Source: Candidatus Methanoperedenaceae archaeon
GTDB lineage: Archaea; Halobacteriota; Methanosarcinia; Methanosarcinales; Methanoperedenaceae
DNA length: 64,000 nucleotides
Assembly: GCA_963753595.1 (NCBI GenBank)
Contig: CAVWCX010000034.1
Span: 55,404 to 119,403 of the forward strand
Reading direction: 5' to 3'
The position numbers were made by a program, and so were the translations under genes. Shown here piece after piece: positions 60,633 to 64,000 of the stretch. Within the stretch, counting starts at the first letter, position 1. Each line of letters opens with the position of its first letter. The notes under the pieces were generated by a model. That model ran no database searches. It was not told the origin of the DNA and worked only from the letters and a program-made list of their open reading frames with translations.

Positions 60633-62210
60633 ATGAAGTACATCATAGTCACTGGCGGTGTGATGAGCGGACTTGGAAAAGGAATAACAGCCGCATCAAT
60701 CGGGCGGATTTTGAAAAACAAAGGTTTCAATGTTACAGCCATCAAGATCGACCCTTATATCAATATCGATGCTGGGACCATGAGCCCATACCAGCACGGC
60801 GAGGTTTTTGTCCTTAAAGACGGCGGGGAAGTTGACCTTGACCTTGGTAATTATGAACGTTTTCTTGATATTGAACTGACACGGGAGCACAATATCACCA
60901 CAGGACAGGTGTACCAGTCAGTAATTGAGAAAGAACGGCGCGGGGATTATCTTGGTAAAACCGTGCAGATCATTCCGCATGTGACAAATGAGATAAAAGA
61001 CCGGATCAGGAAAGTTTCAAAAAGGAGCGGCGCAGAAATATGCATCATTGAAGTAGGCGGCACTGTTGGCGACATCGAAAGCATGCCTTTCCTTGAAGCG
61101 GTAAGGCAAATGCACAGTGAAGAAAAGGAAGAAGACATCATTTTTGTGCATGTGACACTTGTTCCTCTTGATACGCAGGGTGAACAGAAAACAAAGCCTA
61201 CGCAGCACTCTGTAAAGGAACTCAGGAGCCTAGGCCTGCAGCCAGATGCGATCGTGGCGCGATGCAAGGAACCCGTACTTTCTGACACAAAATCAAAAAT
61301 AGCCCTGTTTTGCGACGTACCCGCAAACGCGGTCGTAAGCGCCCATGATGCAAGCGATATATATTATGTTCCCGCCCTTATGGAAAAAGAGGGTCTTTCA
61401 GATTATTTAATGAAGAAACTTAATATCACAGAAAAAGAAATTTCACATGTCTGGGAAACATTAATGAAAAAGATGGCTTCCATTGATAAGGAGATCCGTA
61501 TAGCAGTGGTCGGGAAATATGCGCATCTTGGCGACTCTTATATCAGCATCAACGAAGCATTAAAACATGCCGGAATAGAATGCGGCTGCCGTGTAAAGGC
61601 AGACTGGCTTGATGCTGAGGAATTTGAGAAAAATCCATCTGACATCGACATGCTCCGAAAATATAACGGGATCCTTGTTCCCGGAGGTTTCGGCGTGCGC
61701 GGGACCGAGGGAAAGATCCTTGCCATAAAATTTGCGCGCGAGAACAATATTCCTTACCTGGGACTGTGCCTTGGCATGCAGCTTGCTGTCATCGAGTTTG
61801 CCAGGAATGTTCTGGGATTAACGGATGCTAACAGCTCCGAGCTTGCTGTGACCGATCATCCTGTTATCGATATCCTGCCGGAGCAGGAGAATATAAAGAA
61901 CATGGGCGGGACAATGCGTCTTGGGAATTGCGAAGCAACACTTGTTGAAGGTTCTCTTGCGAGCAAATTGTATGGGGGTATCACTCTGATCGAACGCCAT
62001 CGCCACAGGTATGAGGTAAATCCGAAATACATAAAACAGATCGAGGCAAAAGGCATGAAATTCACAGGCAAAAACGACCACAGGATGGAGATAGCAGAAA
62101 TACCAGGTCATACCTTCTTCTTTAGCTCACAGTTCCACCCCGAATTCAAATCGCGTCCGGGAAAGCCATCGCCGCCGTTTTTGGCATTTGTTAAGGCTGC
62201 GATCCAGTAA
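60633..62210 (+). CDS. pyrG: CTP synthase
   Basis: [51 protein letters not shown]. Confidence 0.98.
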   Translation: MKYIIVTGGVMSGLGKGITAASIGRILKNKGFNVTAIKIDPYINIDAGTMSPYQHGEVFVLKDGGEVDLDLGNYERFLDIELTREHNITTGQVYQSVIEKERRGDYLGKTVQIIPHVTNEIKDRIRKVSKRSGAEICIIEVGGTVGDIESMPFLEAVRQMHSEEKEEDIIFVHVTLVPLDTQGEQKTKPTQHSVKELRSLGLQPDAIVARCKEPVLSDTKSKIALFCDVPANAVVSAHDASDIYYVPALMEKEGLSDYLMKKLNITEKEISHVWETLMKKMASIDKEIRIAVVGKYAHLGDSYISINEALKHAGIECGCRVKADWLDAEEFEKNPSDIDMLRKYNGILVPGGFGVRGTEGKILAIKFARENNIPYLGLCLGMQLAVIEFARNVLGLTDANSSELAVTDHPVIDILPEQENIKNMGGTMRLGNCEATLVEGSLASKLYGGITLIERHRHRYEVNPKYIKQIEAKGMKFTGKNDHRMEIAEIPGHTFFFSSQFHPEFKSRPGKPSPPFLAFVKAAIQ

Positions 62211-62346
62211 TGCCAGTCAATATCAATCAAAAGTATTTTATCTTTTCAAGTTGTGCATTGTTTTGACAAAACTTTTAAATACAATTGTGCGTAAGTGAGG
62301 TAATATTCTAAAAGTTGTTAACGCAACTTCCTAAAAGGAGGATCAT

Positions 62347-63057
62347 ATGGATAAATTCCAAAAAATAAGAAAAACAACACAATTCACATCACTTGCAATA
62401 AGTTCGATAATATTTACGATAGCACTGCACGGCCTGGTAACCCACAATGACCTCTATTTCGAGATAGGACTTCTACTTATAGGATTTATTATTGTAGGAG
62501 GAATTCTCCTGGCGCCCATACTGGGAAGGTTCTGGTGCGGGTGGCTTTGTCCTCGCGGTACATTCCTGGAATATTTTATTGAAAAAATTTCGAATAAGTC
62601 CAGAACACCAGGCTTTTTGAGGTCAAAAGCATTCAAATTGTTCATTGCTTCAATAATGGCAATAATGTTTATCATGGTAATTCTTGATAAAAATCCGCTG
62701 CTGACATCAGATGATGAGCTTGCTTCGATCGGAGGTTTTATTGTATTCATGTGTATCGTGACCACTCTCCTCATCTCGATCCCCCTTGGTGTCATGTACA
62801 TGCCAAGGACATGGTGCGGTTTCTGTCCGGTTGGATACGCCCAATCACTTCTCGCGAAGAATAAAATACTCAATATATCAATAGAAGATTGCAGGAATTG
62901 CAAAAAATGTCACTCATCGTGTAATCTTGACCTGTGCAAGGATTATACGGGAAAAAGCAAAAATATAGGATCCACGGATTGTATCGCCTGCATGAAATGT
63001 TCTGATTCCTGCATGATAGGCATAAGTAAACCCGTGATCACACTAAAGGCAGCCTGA
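62347..63057 (+). CDS. Membrane 4Fe-4S binding protein (NapH/MauN-like)
   Basis: GRFWCGWLCPRG, RTWCGFCPVG, CRNCKKCHSSC, CIACMKCSDSC. Confidence 0.88.
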   Translation: MDKFQKIRKTTQFTSLAISSIIFTIALHGLVTHNDLYFEIGLLLIGFIIVGGILLAPILGRFWCGWLCPRGTFLEYFIEKISNKSRTPGFLRSKAFKLFIASIMAIMFIMVILDKNPLLTSDDELASIGGFIVFMCIVTTLLISIPLGVMYMPRTWCGFCPVGYAQSLLAKNKILNISIEDCRNCKKCHSSCNLDLCKDYTGKSKNIGSTDCIACMKCSDSCMIGISKPVITLKAA

Positions 63058-63077
63058 AGCTGCCTTTGGTTTTTTTG
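63045..63077. terminator. Hairpin plus T-tract between convergent genes
   Basis: aaaggcagc-ctgaa-gctgccttt then ggttttttt. Confidence 0.55.
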
Positions 63078-63096
63078 ATTATTTCATCCTGTTTTT

Positions 63097-64000
63097 TTAA
63101 TTTAAACGTTTTCGGATAATATATCCTGCGATCAAAAGTCCTAGTGCGGATATTCCTGCAAATCCCGGAGTTTTCGCTGGCGAAGCTTGCGGAATCGCCG
63201 GTGTATTTTCCGGTTTGGCTGTTACCACAGTTGACACAACTGCCGGCTGCGATGGAGAGGTTTGCTGCGCTGACAATTGTGTCTCTTCTGTGTGGCAGGC
63301 CGAGCACGTTAATCCGCTTTGTGAGGTTAATTTTCCAATTTTCCCGAATGCGTGCAATTTATCAATATCATGACATCTTGTGCATTTTGGTACGACAACC
63401 TGCCCACTTTCCTGGTGGCACGATTTACAATCAACTTTTGTTGCATGGATCGCGTGTGGTATCTCGCTGCCGTTGGCTTTTGAAGTACCTTTGTGGCATT
63501 CATAACATCCTTTCTTACTATCTGCTTCACCGTGGATAGTTGCAACGCTGGAGGCCGAATGACAATCCTGGCAAATGAGGATCATTTCCGGTGATTTAAT
63601 GGGTTTAACAATTCCAGGCGGGGACTTGTGACATTTTACGCATGCGGCATCGTTTCCGTGAACTTCTATCAGGTCCCTGTGGCAATGGGAGCATACGGCA
63701 TCTTTTAAGAGATTATTATGTACATCAGTTATGGTCTTGTGGCAATACGAACAGGTCTGTGTCGCCACTTTTCCTGCATGTACCTGGTGGATCGGCCCAT
63801 CATGGCATTTTGTGCATTGGGGTATTGATACAGTCAGTTTATCACCATGGCAGGCCACACATTCCACGGGTTTATTGGCATGGATCACATGCGGGGTATC
63901 AACATGGCATTTTTTGCAATTGACATCATTTGCCGTCAGTAAAGATGCTGAAAAGTTCGCTTCTGCTGCATATGCTGCTGTCGAAAATACGACAGGAATG
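63097..64000 (-). CDS. Multiheme cytochrome c (11 CxxCH visible) with PGF-CTERM anchor; start lies beyond the window
   Basis: Frame is open from the edge (..FSTAAYAAEANF..CKKCH); CKKCH, CVACH, CTKCH, CSYCH, CSHCH, CVKCH, CQDCH, CYECH, CKSCH, CTRCH, CSACH; ends TPGFAGISALGLLIAGYIIRKRLN. Confidence 0.92.
   Translation of the reverse strand, partial: IPVVFSTAAYAAEANFSASLLTANDVNCKKCHVDTPHVIHANKPVECVACHGDKLTVSIPQCTKCHDGPIHQVHAGKVATQTCSYCHKTITDVHNNLLKDAVCSHCHRDLIEVHGNDAACVKCHKSPPGIVKPIKSPEMILICQDCHSASSVATIHGEADSKKGCYECHKGTSKANGSEIPHAIHATKVDCKSCHQESGQVVVPKCTRCHDIDKLHAFGKIGKLTSQSGLTCSACHTEETQLSAQQTSPSQPAVVSTVVTAKPENTPAIPQASPAKTPGFAGISALGLLIAGYIIRKRLN

Noticed and set aside
1-64000. tRNA/rRNA genes, integrase or provirus
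   Set aside because: None recognised by eye; a tRNAscan-SE/Infernal run would be needed to exclude them formally

Overview
Archaeal chromosomal segment. The gene content points to a Methanosarcinales member, most likely Ca. Methanoperedens/ANME-2d (inference): methanogen-type SerRS, fibrillarin, RFAP synthase, methanogenesis marker 11, PGF-CTERM proteins, and large multiheme cytochromes fused to Methanosarcina-type S-layer domains. The first ~25 kb is a cytochrome c / envelope island. It holds a ccmE-ccmF-ccmH operon, two more CcmF paralogues, an 18-heme + 16-heme cytochrome pair, a metal-response/ABC cluster, and a radical SAM/SPASM gene preceded by two unannotated small Cys-containing ORFs. 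The rest is mostly housekeeping, plus two toxin-antitoxin pairs, an ISAzo13-family IS, a frameshifted XPD/Rad3 helicase, a deleted duplicate of fbp and an 11-heme PGF-CTERM cytochrome at the right edge. Best leads: (1) an S-layer domain apparently split between the two giant cytochromes, suggesting beta-strand-complementation docking; (2) a candidate archaeal RiPP locus; (3) a dispersed family of periodic palindromic repeats, in one place nested inside a perfect 26-bp inverted repeat; (4) an ISAzo13-like MITE upstream of ccmE. All family assignments are from motif recognition by eye, with no database searches.
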